A stretch of 64,000 nucleotides of DNA from an uncultured delta proteobacterium. Its GTDB lineage: Bacteria; Desulfobacterota; Binatia; Binatales; Binataceae. The notes beneath the pieces were generated by a model. The model was given only the letters and a program-made list of their open reading frames with translations. It was not told the DNA's origin and made no database searches. How positions within the stretch are numbered: position 1 is the first letter of the stretch; every line of letters starts with the position of its first letter. The translations under genes were made by a program, and so were the position numbers. This document shows positions 19,711 to 28,201 of the stretch, piece after piece. The DNA lies in assembly GCA_963836955.1 (NCBI GenBank), contig CAWILO010000011.1, positions 776,715 to 840,714 of the forward strand. Reading direction: 5' to 3'.

Positions 19711-21002
19711 TAATTCGCAGTCTGCGTCCCGCGTTGCACCAACCGGGGACTATGCAGGAGCAGGAGGCGCGCTGGGCGAGTCAAGTAATACGTCCAATAG
19801 AGCGCGCGCGGCAGCGGCAGTGCCTCCCAGTCCTCGATGGTCGGGCGCAGCCCGCGATCTATGAGGTAGCGCGCGCGCTTTTCCCATCCTTCGATCGCGT
19901 TAAGCGGCACTAGCAAGTCGGAATATACGGAAGGCACGAGTCCGGGCGCAGGAAAAAGCCGGCTGGCAATCTCGCGCGCCAGCCGCATCGCATGCGGGTC
20001 TGACACGGCACGCCCGAGCACGCTTGCGGGAACCTGCGCACCCGCAAACACGTAAGCGAGCAGTGCGCCAAGGCGCAGCATCCTGCTGCATCTGAGCCGT
20101 TCCATCTCCCACTCGTCGCGCTCCCAATCGACCAGGCCCGTGGCGGTGAGCGCGGCGATATCGCACATCGCACGCAAGGACCCCCATGCCCATCCGTGCC
20201 TGGTCGCGTGCGCGATGCTGAAGATCAAATGGTCGTCCGGAGCCAGCGTATGCATCCAGCGCCCAGCGAGCTCGACTGCAACGGCGTTGCGCCAGACCGT
20301 TTCATAGTCCGGACGGAAGGGAAAATAGATTGGCACCAACCCTAGATGCAGGTCGATCAACGGGCCGCCTTGCTTCTCGAACTGATCCTCGAAGCATCGG
20401 AAGAAACCAAAGTCCGGAGCGCCGGCTTGATGCCGCTTGGGGCGATAGCCCCGTTCCGCAAGGACCCTGCTAATCTGCGGCAAGTCGCCTTGGCGAATGA
20501 GGATATCTAAGTCGCCTGACTGACGTGCTGCGAGATCTCCGAAGGCTTGAACTGCAAGCGCTGGTCCCTTGAGCGCAAGCATCCCAAGCTGGGCCGACGC
20601 GAGCGCTTCATGAACCGCGAGGAGCTCACGCGCGAGCCGGTGATGCGCGAGCGCGTTCGCCGCGTTCCCAGCGCGAAGGCACGCGGCGATGTAGGCTGGA
20701 ACGCGCTCCACGCATTCTCGGGCCAGGAAGCTATGCACGGGAGGGATGACGAAATGCCCCGCGGCCTCAGACGCAACTCGCTCCCAGTCGAGATCACGGG
20801 CGGCGAGTGCAATCGCGCGGGCACGCGACTCAGAGGTCGCAGGCGTCGAACTGCACGCAGCGATCAGCTGCCCCTCGAGCGGCAGCGCGGCACGCAGCGA
20901 TTGGGCTATATCATCCATAAAGGGCCAGCGGTATTCTAATCGCGTCGATCCCGTCGCCATGTTACCGACCGCTCCGGGGGCAAGCGTCGTACTCTGTGCC
21001 AC
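19710..21002 (-). CDS. nucleotidyltransferase-family protein of the kind found in HPr-kinase-associated lasso peptide clusters
   Basis: GDLDILIRQGD motif. It is a clear paralogue of 53974..55164 (GDIDFLIADRHD). It overlaps B2 by 41 bp. Confidence 0.55.
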   Translation of the reverse strand: MAQSTTLAPGAVGNMATGSTRLEYRWPFMDDIAQSLRAALPLEGQLIAACSSTPATSESRARAIALAARDLDWERVASEAAGHFVIPPVHSFLARECVERVPAYIAACLRAGNAANALAHHRLARELLAVHEALASAQLGMLALKGPALAVQAFGDLAARQSGDLDILIRQGDLPQISRVLAERGYRPKRHQAGAPDFGFFRCFEDQFEKQGGPLIDLHLGLVPIYFPFRPDYETVWRNAVAVELAGRWMHTLAPDDHLIFSIAHATRHGWAWGSLRAMCDIAALTATGLVDWERDEWEMERLRCSRMLRLGALLAYVFAGAQVPASVLGRAVSDPHAMRLAREIASRLFPAPGLVPSVYSDLLVPLNAIEGWEKRARYLIDRGLRPTIEDWEALPLPRALYWTYYLTRPARLLLLHSPRLVQRGTQTAN

Positions 21003-21435
21003 GAAAGAGCTCAGCGTAGCGGCCAGATTCGAAAGCGCCGCCGATCACGATTTCGCCCATACACTCGACCCATGCGTGGGCATCGAGTCGGCCCGCCGGA
21101 CTCTTTGACGCGCCGATCCGCAATTCGCTGGGTAAACCGAGTCCGCTCAGCATACGCTGCACCGCAACCGCGCGCACCAGACAGTTGCGCCCGCCCGGAA
21201 CGCACGCGCCTGCGGCTGCGACGACCCGTCCAACACGCGCCGCAAACAGCGCTGGGTCGTCGATGTAAGGGCTCTTTCGAGCGGGCACAGCAGCCCAATC
21301 GCGCACGCGAGCGAACGACAGCAGAAGCAGCCTCGCTCGCGCTTCAAGCACGGCGAGCAGCGCCCTGGGCAGTATTATCCACTCCGCTGCGGATAATTTG
21401 CGAATTCTTTGAAAGCGAGCGAACACTGTGCTCAT
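20962..21435 (-). CDS. lasso peptide biosynthesis B2 protein (transglutaminase-like leader peptidase)
   Basis: 157 aa. Cys in VPGGRNCLVRA and the HAW motif in RLDAHAWVECMGEIV match the B2/transglutaminase-like Cys-His core as recalled from memory. Confidence 0.6.
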   Translation of the reverse strand: MSTVFARFQRIRKLSAAEWIILPRALLAVLEARARLLLLSFARVRDWAAVPARKSPYIDDPALFAARVGRVVAAAGACVPGGRNCLVRAVAVQRMLSGLGLPSELRIGASKSPAGRLDAHAWVECMGEIVIGGAFESGRYAELFRGTEYDACPRSGR

Positions 21436-21486
21436 GCCCGCGCCAATTGCGCCACGGCATTCCGAGCTTCAACGCGCACCTGAGAG

Positions 21487-22428
21487 CTAGGCACTCTCAC
21501 GATCGCAGCCGCTCATATCCGCCAGCACCATTTCGCGCAAGCCGGACAACGCCGCGAAGTCGCTCGGAAGTATGAGATTCTTTACCGGTACTTTCGCGAC
21601 GACCAGCTCGATGAATCGAAACTTACGGAGATTGGCGGCGCCATCAGTCGGATTGAACCAACACGACGCCGAAGCCAGTTCCATGAAGGCTTCGGCCTGG
21701 GAAAGCGGTTCGATTCTGGGCGAAGCTGTACGGGAGTCCGCGACGCCCTGCCGGCTCAAGCGAAAAATCCGCGTTAGCGGTTGTGGTCGGGGTGCGAAGC
21801 TTGAGTGGAGATCAAGCGCGCGTCGCTTTGAGCCATAGCCTGCGATGACGTGAGAACGAGCGGTGTCGATTTTCAGCGCTTCTAGGCTGTCGTTCTGCAG
21901 GCGCGCGCCCGGGTACCCTGGGATGAGAACGATTCGGCCCCCGCTGCTCAGACTCAGCAGGACGGAGTCGTCGCCCAGCAGCGGGAATCCTGCAAGCGCA
22001 AGGCTTGCCGCAAGCGTCGATTTCCCGGTACCGCTCGGGCCGATAAACGCGCACGCTCCGTAGTCGGTTAAAACCGCGGTCGCGTGTATCGACTCGATTC
22101 CGAACAGATCGAGAACACCCGGGATAACGGCATCGAGAAGCAGATGTCGTAGTGCTTCGGGAAAAATTTCTGCGCGTGTCCTGCAGCACTCTATCGCACG
22201 CAAAAGACAACTGCGCCCACCGGGAACGCGCGCGGTTGCGGCTGCCAAGGCTCGTACAATACGCGCCGCGAGCCAGGGTGCGGCAGCCCAATCACGCACC
22301 CGATCAATCGGTACCAGAAGCAGTCTCGTTCGCGCCAAAAGCACAGCGAGCAGTACCCTGGGCAGCCTCATCCAGTCCGCAGCGGGTAACGCGCGGAACT
22401 TTCGGATCCGGGCGAACGCAGTTCTCAT
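21487..22428 (-). CDS. in-frame chimera: an N-terminal ~78 aa homologous to the B2 protein N-terminus, fused to the C-terminal ~235 aa of an HPr-kinase-related kinase
   Basis: MRTAFARIRKFRALPAADWMRLPRVLLAVLLARTRLLLVPIDRVRDWAA...VPGGRSCLLRAIE aligns with B2 (MSTVFARFQRIRKLSAAEWIILPRALLAVLEARARLLLLSFARVRDWAA...VPGGRNCLVRAV). From CC...EALRHLLLDAVIPGVLDLFG...FIGPSGTGKSTLAAS onward it is about 75% identical to kinase 22684..23682. Confidence 0.6.
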   Translation of the reverse strand: MRTAFARIRKFRALPAADWMRLPRVLLAVLLARTRLLLVPIDRVRDWAAAPWLAARIVRALAAATARVPGGRSCLLRAIECCRTRAEIFPEALRHLLLDAVIPGVLDLFGIESIHATAVLTDYGACAFIGPSGTGKSTLAASLALAGFPLLGDDSVLLSLSSGGRIVLIPGYPGARLQNDSLEALKIDTARSHVIAGYGSKRRALDLHSSFAPRPQPLTRIFRLSRQGVADSRTASPRIEPLSQAEAFMELASASCWFNPTDGAANLRKFRFIELVVAKVPVKNLILPSDFAALSGLREMVLADMSGCDRESA

Positions 22429-22453
22429 TGCGAAGACCAGTGTGGCGGCACCT

Positions 22454-22481
22454 ATAGGTGAGGTCGACTAGGTGAGGTCGA
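22454..22481. repeat. perfect 14-bp tandem duplication taggtgaggtcgac x2 immediately upstream of the chimeric gene
   Basis: Seen directly in ctataggtgaggtcgactaggtgaggtcgaccgtc. Confidence 0.55.
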
Positions 22482-22683
22482 CCGTCAGCACACTTCCGAG
22501 AATTTAATCTGCACCGACGTGCTCTCCTCCGGGCCAGCAAGCGACCGCAGCACGCGCGCGGCGAGATCGCACGGGGAAAGGTCGCATTGGGCATCCGGTG
22601 AACCCTACCTTAGAGGTAGCTTTTACCGGAAACACCTTACATCGACATAAACAACGGCCACAGCGTTTGGCTGACGATCACGT

Positions 22684-23682
22684 TCAACACGTCATGCCGG
22701 ATTCAGGTCTGAAGTTGTCGCGATCGCAACCACTCAAATCCGCGAGCACGATCTCGCGTACCTTGGGTAACGCGACGAAGTCATTCGGAACAACGAGCCT
22801 CCTCACTGGCACTTTCGCGACGACCTGCTCGAGGAAGTGAAATTGGCGGAGATTGGCGGCACGGTCGGTTGGATTGAACCGATAGGACGCCGAGGCCAGT
22901 TCCATGAAGGCTTCAGCGGATGACAATCGTTCAATCCTAGGTAATGCCGCAGGGGAGTCCCCGTCGTCGGACCTCCTCAGACGAAAAATCCGCGTAAGCG
23001 GCTGCGGCTGGGAGACGAAGCTCAAGTGGAAATCAAGCGCGCGTCGCTTGGAGCTATAGCCCATGATGGCGTGGGACCGAGCTGGGTCGATCCTCAGTGC
23101 CTCGAGGCTGTCGCGCCACAGACGCGTGCCTGGGTACCCGGGTGTGAGAAGGATCCGGTCGCTGCAGCTCAGGACGACGCAGTCGTCGCCCAGTAGCGGG
23201 AAGCCCGCACGTACAAAGCTTGCCGCGAGCGTCGATTTCCCGGTACCGCTCGGGCCGATAAACGCGCACGCTCCGTAATCGGTTAGAATGGCGGTCGCGT
23301 GCATCGACTGCTTTCCCATCAGATCGAGAACGTCTGGGATGACAGCGTCGAGGAGCAGATGCCGCAACGTCTCGGGTGAAACTTCTCCCCACTTAGCGCA
23401 ACATTCAATGCTGTTGCCACGCTCGCTGACGAAGAAATCGGCTACCTCGGAGAATCGCAGCAGGTACCCGTCCTTGCACTTCGCACAAAGCAGCCACTCC
23501 TGCCCATTGGCAAGGTTTCCCCGCTTAAAGATAGCGCTCGGGTCAAAGCGGATCTGTCGCGAGGTATGGAATCGCGAATAAACGACCGGGACCGTTACCC
23601 GCTCGATCCGTGTGCTTTCGCTGAGTTCGGGAAGCGCGGCGTCCGAGCTTAAGATCGCGCCGTAGATTTGGTAGATGGGCAC
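22684..23682 (-). CDS. HPr kinase/phosphorylase C-terminal-domain-like kinase (HprK-related kinase). Expected to phosphorylate the precursor/lasso peptide C-terminal Ser
   Basis: P-loop FIGPSGTGKSTLAAS, then GFPLLGDD. The start is GTG per the track. Kinases of this type occur in the paeninodin/pseudomycoidin-type lasso clusters (established knowledge, from memory). Confidence 0.65.
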   Translation of the reverse strand: MPIYQIYGAILSSDAALPELSESTRIERVTVPVVYSRFHTSRQIRFDPSAIFKRGNLANGQEWLLCAKCKDGYLLRFSEVADFFVSERGNSIECCAKWGEVSPETLRHLLLDAVIPDVLDLMGKQSMHATAILTDYGACAFIGPSGTGKSTLAASFVRAGFPLLGDDCVVLSCSDRILLTPGYPGTRLWRDSLEALRIDPARSHAIMGYSSKRRALDFHLSFVSQPQPLTRIFRLRRSDDGDSPAALPRIERLSSAEAFMELASASYRFNPTDRAANLRQFHFLEQVVAKVPVRRLVVPNDFVALPKVREIVLADLSGCDRDNFRPESGMTC

Positions 23683-24030
23683 CGATCAAGACAGATGGAA
23701 ATTCAAATTCCGAAGCGTTGCGATCAGGTAAAATGCTTTGTGGCGTTATCGGTACCTTTTGATCCAGAACCGGCGGTGATCTTCGCGATGTTGCCATACC
23801 GGATCAGCGTCGGTTTGACGTAATCGCCGCGTCGCCGAGTAGAAGTGGGGCGGTTCGCTTGCGAAACGGGCTTGTCGTCAGCTTTCACAGAAACCCTCCC
23901 CTGAAGCTCGCTTCATGCAATCCAATCATTAGCAGCGCCCACAAAAGCTACATGAGAACGGCGCGACGATGCAACCAGTGCTTCGATTTTCGAGATAAGT
24001 GTGCCTTCGCACAGAAACGAATTGTTGAGT

Positions 24031-25974
24031 CTAGTAGGTCCTCGCTCGCATCGATAGATCAGCATTTGGTCCGCGGAGAGCGGTCATCCAGATTTCCAGT
24101 CCGAACAATGCGAATATTGCCCACATGTAGTGCGCATACCTGGCGTCGCGCGCCTCGTACAGCCGCCACGCGGAGTCGCATGCCTCGCTGAATCTTTTGG
24201 CGCTCACCCACTCGACCTCCGCGTGTCCCGGGACTTGTGCTAGCCGATGTCCTACATTTTTCGTCACTCGCATAAAGACATCATCAAAAAGCGCCTTGCT
24301 CGGGCGCGTCACGATTCGTTGCGGGAGCAGCGGGCGCATTGCTTGGCGCATCAGAAGTCTCGGGCGGCCCTGGTTCCAGCGGTATTCCTCCGCGAGTCCG
24401 AGGACGAACTCTATGACTCTCCGGTCACAGAATGGGTACCGATAGTCGAATCCCAAGCGCACGGCGGTGCGTTCGAGTCCTTCCATAACGTAAGCGGTCC
24501 AGCCGTCGCGGAGCAGATTGTAAATGCTTTGAACAGCGGGAGTTTCGCGTTTAACTTCGTTGCGAGCGGCCATTACGCGATCCTTCAGAGCAATTCGGCG
24601 CGTGAAATTCGGATCGAGCCATCCTTGCCACGCATCGGTCCGGATGTGATCCCTTCCGAGCGCTCGCCGCACCAACTTCCGCAGCTGAATTGGCGCGAGC
24701 GGCCATACGCCCGAGCGCAGCAAAATATGGATAATCCCTTGCGTGACCTCGCCCGCCGCCTGGTTTCTCCGGAGCAACCGAAGCGCGCGCCAGAACCTGA
24801 TCGGATGGAAGCCACGAACCAGCGCCGCAAGGTCGCTGGAGTTTCCATCCATAACGTGATCTCCGCCATGACCGTTGAGACATACGCGCAGCCCCATGCG
24901 AGCGACCGCTCGTTCAAGGTCTTCCATCATAACGGCGTTAGGAAGTCGCGGTAACTCAAACGTCTGCCGCACGCGGTCTGCGAAGTAATCGATCTCGGGT
25001 TCGAACGGTTCGCAGCGATGTGTGGAAAAGCTCCAGGCGCGTTCGACTTCTTCGATATATTCGCGCTCGTCCGCTCTGGGATCCGAAAAAACAAGCGAGA
25101 ATGCTTCGATACGATTGCTGACCACCCCGCGCCGGCTTAGGTCGCAACCGATGCTGACGATCGACGACGAATCCAGACCGCCACTCAGCTGAGACGCGAC
25201 ATCGCCGGGCGCGCGCATCCTGCATCGAACGGCCTCGACTAGCAGCTCGCGCAAAGCATCGGCACAATCATTGTAGGACGACAGACGAATCTGCTTGACT
25301 GAACCGGGATCGAAATATCGCCGCTTTCGGATTCCGCCGCTGTCTACTGCGAGGCAGCAGCCTCCCTCGAGCCGGAACACACCGCAGATGGCGGTTTCCT
25401 CACGCGTGTAAGGACCGCCAGCCAGGAATTCACCCAGGAATGCTTCATTCGGCGAGCGCTCGATCTCCGAGTCCTCGAGGATTTGGATCAACTCCGACGC
25501 GCACAAAAACTTTTTTCCGTTAAAGTAGTAGTGGAGCGGCTTGAAACCGAGCGGATCGCGCACGCACAGCATCTTGCGCCTGCGGCTGTCCCACACCACG
25601 ATCGCAAAATCGCCGAGCAGACGGTTCCAAGTTTCCTCATTCCAAAGCTCGAAGCATCGTCCGACGAGCTCTACGTCGGTCGGTTCATCCAGCGTAACGC
25701 CCGAAGATTCCAGTTCTCGCGCGAGTTCCCTTCGGTTGTCGATGCGTCCGTCGAAGATAACTCGGATGGTCGCGTCCGCGTTGACCCAGGGCTGCTCCTC
25801 GTGCATGGCCTCGGGCGTGGTGGCGAGCTTGCGAAACGCCAGGCCGGCCGCACCTTCGGTCCAGTACCAGACACCGTCGGGACCCCGATCGCGCACCGCG
25901 TCGGCCATCGCGCGCAGCGAAGCCCGCTCGGCCGGCCGCTCGTCGACGTTGAATATCCCTGCTATTGCGCTCAT
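24031..25974 (-). CDS. asparagine synthetase (AsnB)-family protein, a putative lasso peptide cyclase (C protein)
   Basis: 647 aa. The N-terminus MSAIAGIF is AsnB-like but has Ser where AsnB has the Cys2 nucleophile (MCGI). That is consistent with a cyclase that does not hydrolyse glutamine. The SGGLDSS PP-loop ATP-pyrophosphatase motif is present. It overlaps the PqqD gene by 4 bp. Confidence 0.7.
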   Translation of the reverse strand: MSAIAGIFNVDERPAERASLRAMADAVRDRGPDGVWYWTEGAAGLAFRKLATTPEAMHEEQPWVNADATIRVIFDGRIDNRRELARELESSGVTLDEPTDVELVGRCFELWNEETWNRLLGDFAIVVWDSRRRKMLCVRDPLGFKPLHYYFNGKKFLCASELIQILEDSEIERSPNEAFLGEFLAGGPYTREETAICGVFRLEGGCCLAVDSGGIRKRRYFDPGSVKQIRLSSYNDCADALRELLVEAVRCRMRAPGDVASQLSGGLDSSSIVSIGCDLSRRGVVSNRIEAFSLVFSDPRADEREYIEEVERAWSFSTHRCEPFEPEIDYFADRVRQTFELPRLPNAVMMEDLERAVARMGLRVCLNGHGGDHVMDGNSSDLAALVRGFHPIRFWRALRLLRRNQAAGEVTQGIIHILLRSGVWPLAPIQLRKLVRRALGRDHIRTDAWQGWLDPNFTRRIALKDRVMAARNEVKRETPAVQSIYNLLRDGWTAYVMEGLERTAVRLGFDYRYPFCDRRVIEFVLGLAEEYRWNQGRPRLLMRQAMRPLLPQRIVTRPSKALFDDVFMRVTKNVGHRLAQVPGHAEVEWVSAKRFSEACDSAWRLYEARDARYAHYMWAIFALFGLEIWMTALRGPNADLSMRARTY

Positions 25975-26270
25975 CTGCTGTTTCGCCCGTGGGCGGGCAA
26001 CTTAGCCGCAGCCTTGATCAGACCTTCCTTCGAGAGTTCATCTATGAGTTCGTCGAAATCACGCTCAACCTCGTCGCGGGAAGCGTTGTATTGGGTGGCT
26101 ACGGTTTGCAGGATCTCTTCGCGCCTTCGGCCGTCCGCGATCAAGGTCCAGATGCGTGCGCCGACCCGCTCCAGCCCGAAATAGATGCCAGTATCGAGCT
26201 TGAGGATTACCACCTCGTCACCGAGGTCGGTCCAGGTCACTTCGTCGACAATTCGAAGGGCATTCGTCAC
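25971..26270 (-). CDS. PqqD-family protein (RiPP recognition element; lasso B1)
   Basis: 99 aa. LRIVDEVTWTDLGDEVVILKLDTGIYFGLERVGARIWTLI is a typical PqqD/RRE fold sequence. GTG start per the track. Confidence 0.65.
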   Translation of the reverse strand: MTNALRIVDEVTWTDLGDEVVILKLDTGIYFGLERVGARIWTLIADGRRREEILQTVATQYNASRDEVERDFDELIDELSKEGLIKAAAKLPAHGRNSR

Positions 26271-26323
26271 GGCATCAGACCCGGTTGCTCTGAGAGTAAT
26301 TTCGAGACTTGAATCATCCGCAC

Positions 26324-28201
26324 TCAGATCGGCCGGACCACTCCGATCGGCATGGCACCAGGCGCTGCACCCACGCCCGAAGGTTCACGTGGCACGAGTT
26401 CCTGCGTCTCGTTCAGCTCCATCGAGAATCTCCGCACCGGTATTCCGTGCGTCCGCCCAAAGCGGCGAAGTCTTTCCATCTGCTCGGCACCGAGCTCTTC
26501 GTCGGCCACGATGATCTCGGTGAACGGCACCCGCGTGTGGATGGACTCGATGTCCTCGGGTGTGCCGAGCACTTCCTCTCCGTCCAAGATTTTGCCGTGC
26601 TTGAATGCGTCCCTGTCGACGAATCCAACAACGCGGGCCGAGCGCGCGCGCGCCTTCAAGATGAATTCCGCAGCCACGGTTCCGATTTCTCCGGCTCCCA
26701 CCACTAACACCCTGTTCGTGACGGTCGCGAGGCGGTTGATCAGCTTGCGCAGCACCTGGAACGACATCCGCGTCGCGACCAAAAGGTTGACCAGCAGGAG
26801 CGCATACAGCACCGCAATTGATCCGGAATGCCTGATGGGCAGGAAATCGGAGCCAATCGCCACCAAGATTCCCGCGATTATCGCGCCGCCGGCGAAACGG
26901 AAGCTGTCCGTGAGACCCGCGTAGCGCCAGATTCCACGATAGACGCCCGCGAGCAGAAAGGCGGGGTACGTCAGCAGGATCACCCACGGCAGCCCGCGGA
27001 CCATCGATGCGAGCACCTCGGGCGTGAACTTGAAGTCAAGCCGCAACGCGCACGCGCCGAAGTATGCCGCGCTGATCAGCGCGGTGTCCATCGCCGCCTC
27101 TGCAATTCGACGTTTGTAGCCGAGAGAAAGAATGTACCGTGCTAGCCCCTGAAGGTAGCCGTACGCCACGCTCGGGGGGCTTGAGTCGAAGGTCAAATCG
27201 ATGAGGAAAAGCGCAATCACCGCTGCCGCGAGGGCGATGAACGGCAGCGCCGCAACGACGTCCGCATGTGGCAACAGGTTCGCCGCAATCGCGCATCCGG
27301 CGGCGACCGCGGCCACCGCCCAAATCGACGCGACAACCCGCCACTCCGTCAATCCGAGCGAGAGCAGCCGATCGTGGACGTGCTCCAATCCGTGCCGCGA
27401 AATCGCCTTTCCGGTGGCCAGCCGAGCCGCCGTCACGATCCCCGCGTCGAGCAATGGCACCAGCATTACCAGCAGCGGAAAGATCCACAGAGTGAGCCGC
27501 GAGTTCGCCGCGAGTGCTCCTCCTTGAATAGCCAGCACACCGAGCATGTATCCGATCGGGAGCGCACCGGCGTCGCCCATGATGATCGATGCGGGAGGGA
27601 GATTGAAGATAAGAAACCCCCCCAGCGCTCCCGCGACAGCGAGGCTCGGCGCGGTCACCGCGGGCATTCCAAGCACGATGCCGATCGTCGCAATCGCAGC
27701 GGTGACCATAATTCCTATCCCTGCCGCGAGACCGTCGAGTCCGTCCACGAGGTTGAACGCGTTGGTCGTTGCGATTAGCCAGAAGATGGTGATCCCGACG
27801 TCCAGCAATTGCCAGGGAGTGAACGCGTAATGTGGCAGCGCGAAGATCGCGGCCAACGTGATGATCGCAAGCTGGCACAAAAACTTCTGTCCGGGGCTCA
27901 GCACCAGCGCATCATCTACCAGACCGACCATCAGCATCGCCCCGGCGCCGATCGCCATCCACCAGTCCAGGTGGCCGGTTACCGCGAGGGCGACGATGAT
28001 CGAGGCGACAATCGATATGCCGCCCGTAGCAGGAACTCGCGCATCGCTGAGCGGCGAGGCTACCCTCGCGGTGATGCGCATCCACCGGCCAATGCGCGTT
28101 GTCACAGGCATCGTAACAATCGCTGTCAAGAACGCGATTGCAGCCGTCGTCCACGGATTTGTTAGAAGGTCGTACATGGTTGAGCTCATCAAGGCCTGCA
28201 T
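26324..28201 (-). CDS. initiating polyprenyl-phosphate HexNAc-1-phosphate transferase (WecA/MraY family, GT4-type) fused to a C-terminal Rossmann-like domain
   Basis: Multi-TM N-terminal part with NAFNLVDGLDGLAAG and IIMGDAGALPIGYMLG (WecA/MraY signatures). The C-terminal 160 aa (VLVVGAGEIGTVAAEFIL...VVGFVDRD) are nucleotide-binding-like. Confidence 0.6.
   Translation of the reverse strand: MQALMSSTMYDLLTNPWTTAAIAFLTAIVTMPVTTRIGRWMRITARVASPLSDARVPATGGISIVASIIVALAVTGHLDWWMAIGAGAMLMVGLVDDALVLSPGQKFLCQLAIITLAAIFALPHYAFTPWQLLDVGITIFWLIATTNAFNLVDGLDGLAAGIGIMVTAAIATIGIVLGMPAVTAPSLAVAGALGGFLIFNLPPASIIMGDAGALPIGYMLGVLAIQGGALAANSRLTLWIFPLLVMLVPLLDAGIVTAARLATGKAISRHGLEHVHDRLLSLGLTEWRVVASIWAVAAVAAGCAIAANLLPHADVVAALPFIALAAAVIALFLIDLTFDSSPPSVAYGYLQGLARYILSLGYKRRIAEAAMDTALISAAYFGACALRLDFKFTPEVLASMVRGLPWVILLTYPAFLLAGVYRGIWRYAGLTDSFRFAGGAIIAGILVAIGSDFLPIRHSGSIAVLYALLLVNLLVATRMSFQVLRKLINRLATVTNRVLVVGAGEIGTVAAEFILKARARSARVVGFVDRDAFKHGKILDGEEVLGTPEDIESIHTRVPFTEIIVADEELGAEQMERLRRFGRTHGIPVRRFSMELNETQELVPREPSGVGAAPGAMPIGVVRPI

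Noticed and set aside
23543-23797. 84-aa ORF (MATSRRSPPVLDQKVPITPQS...) considered as a lasso precursor
   Set aside because: It continues for about 140 nt inside the kinase gene in another frame. It has no Gly/Cys/Ser/Ala-Xn-Asp/Glu core arrangement compatible with a 7-9 residue isopeptide ring.
23950-24030. GTG-initiated Cys-rich 27-mer MRRHTYLENRSTGCIVAPFSCSFCGRC immediately after the cyclase stop
   Set aside because: The leader is only ~12 aa and the putative core has no Asp/Glu to form the lasso macrolactam. I kept it only as a mention in the precursor finding.
26271-26323. 16-aa ORF MIQVSKLLSEQPGLMP in the spacer before the PqqD gene
   Set aside because: Too short for a leader + core. 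It has no conserved lasso features.
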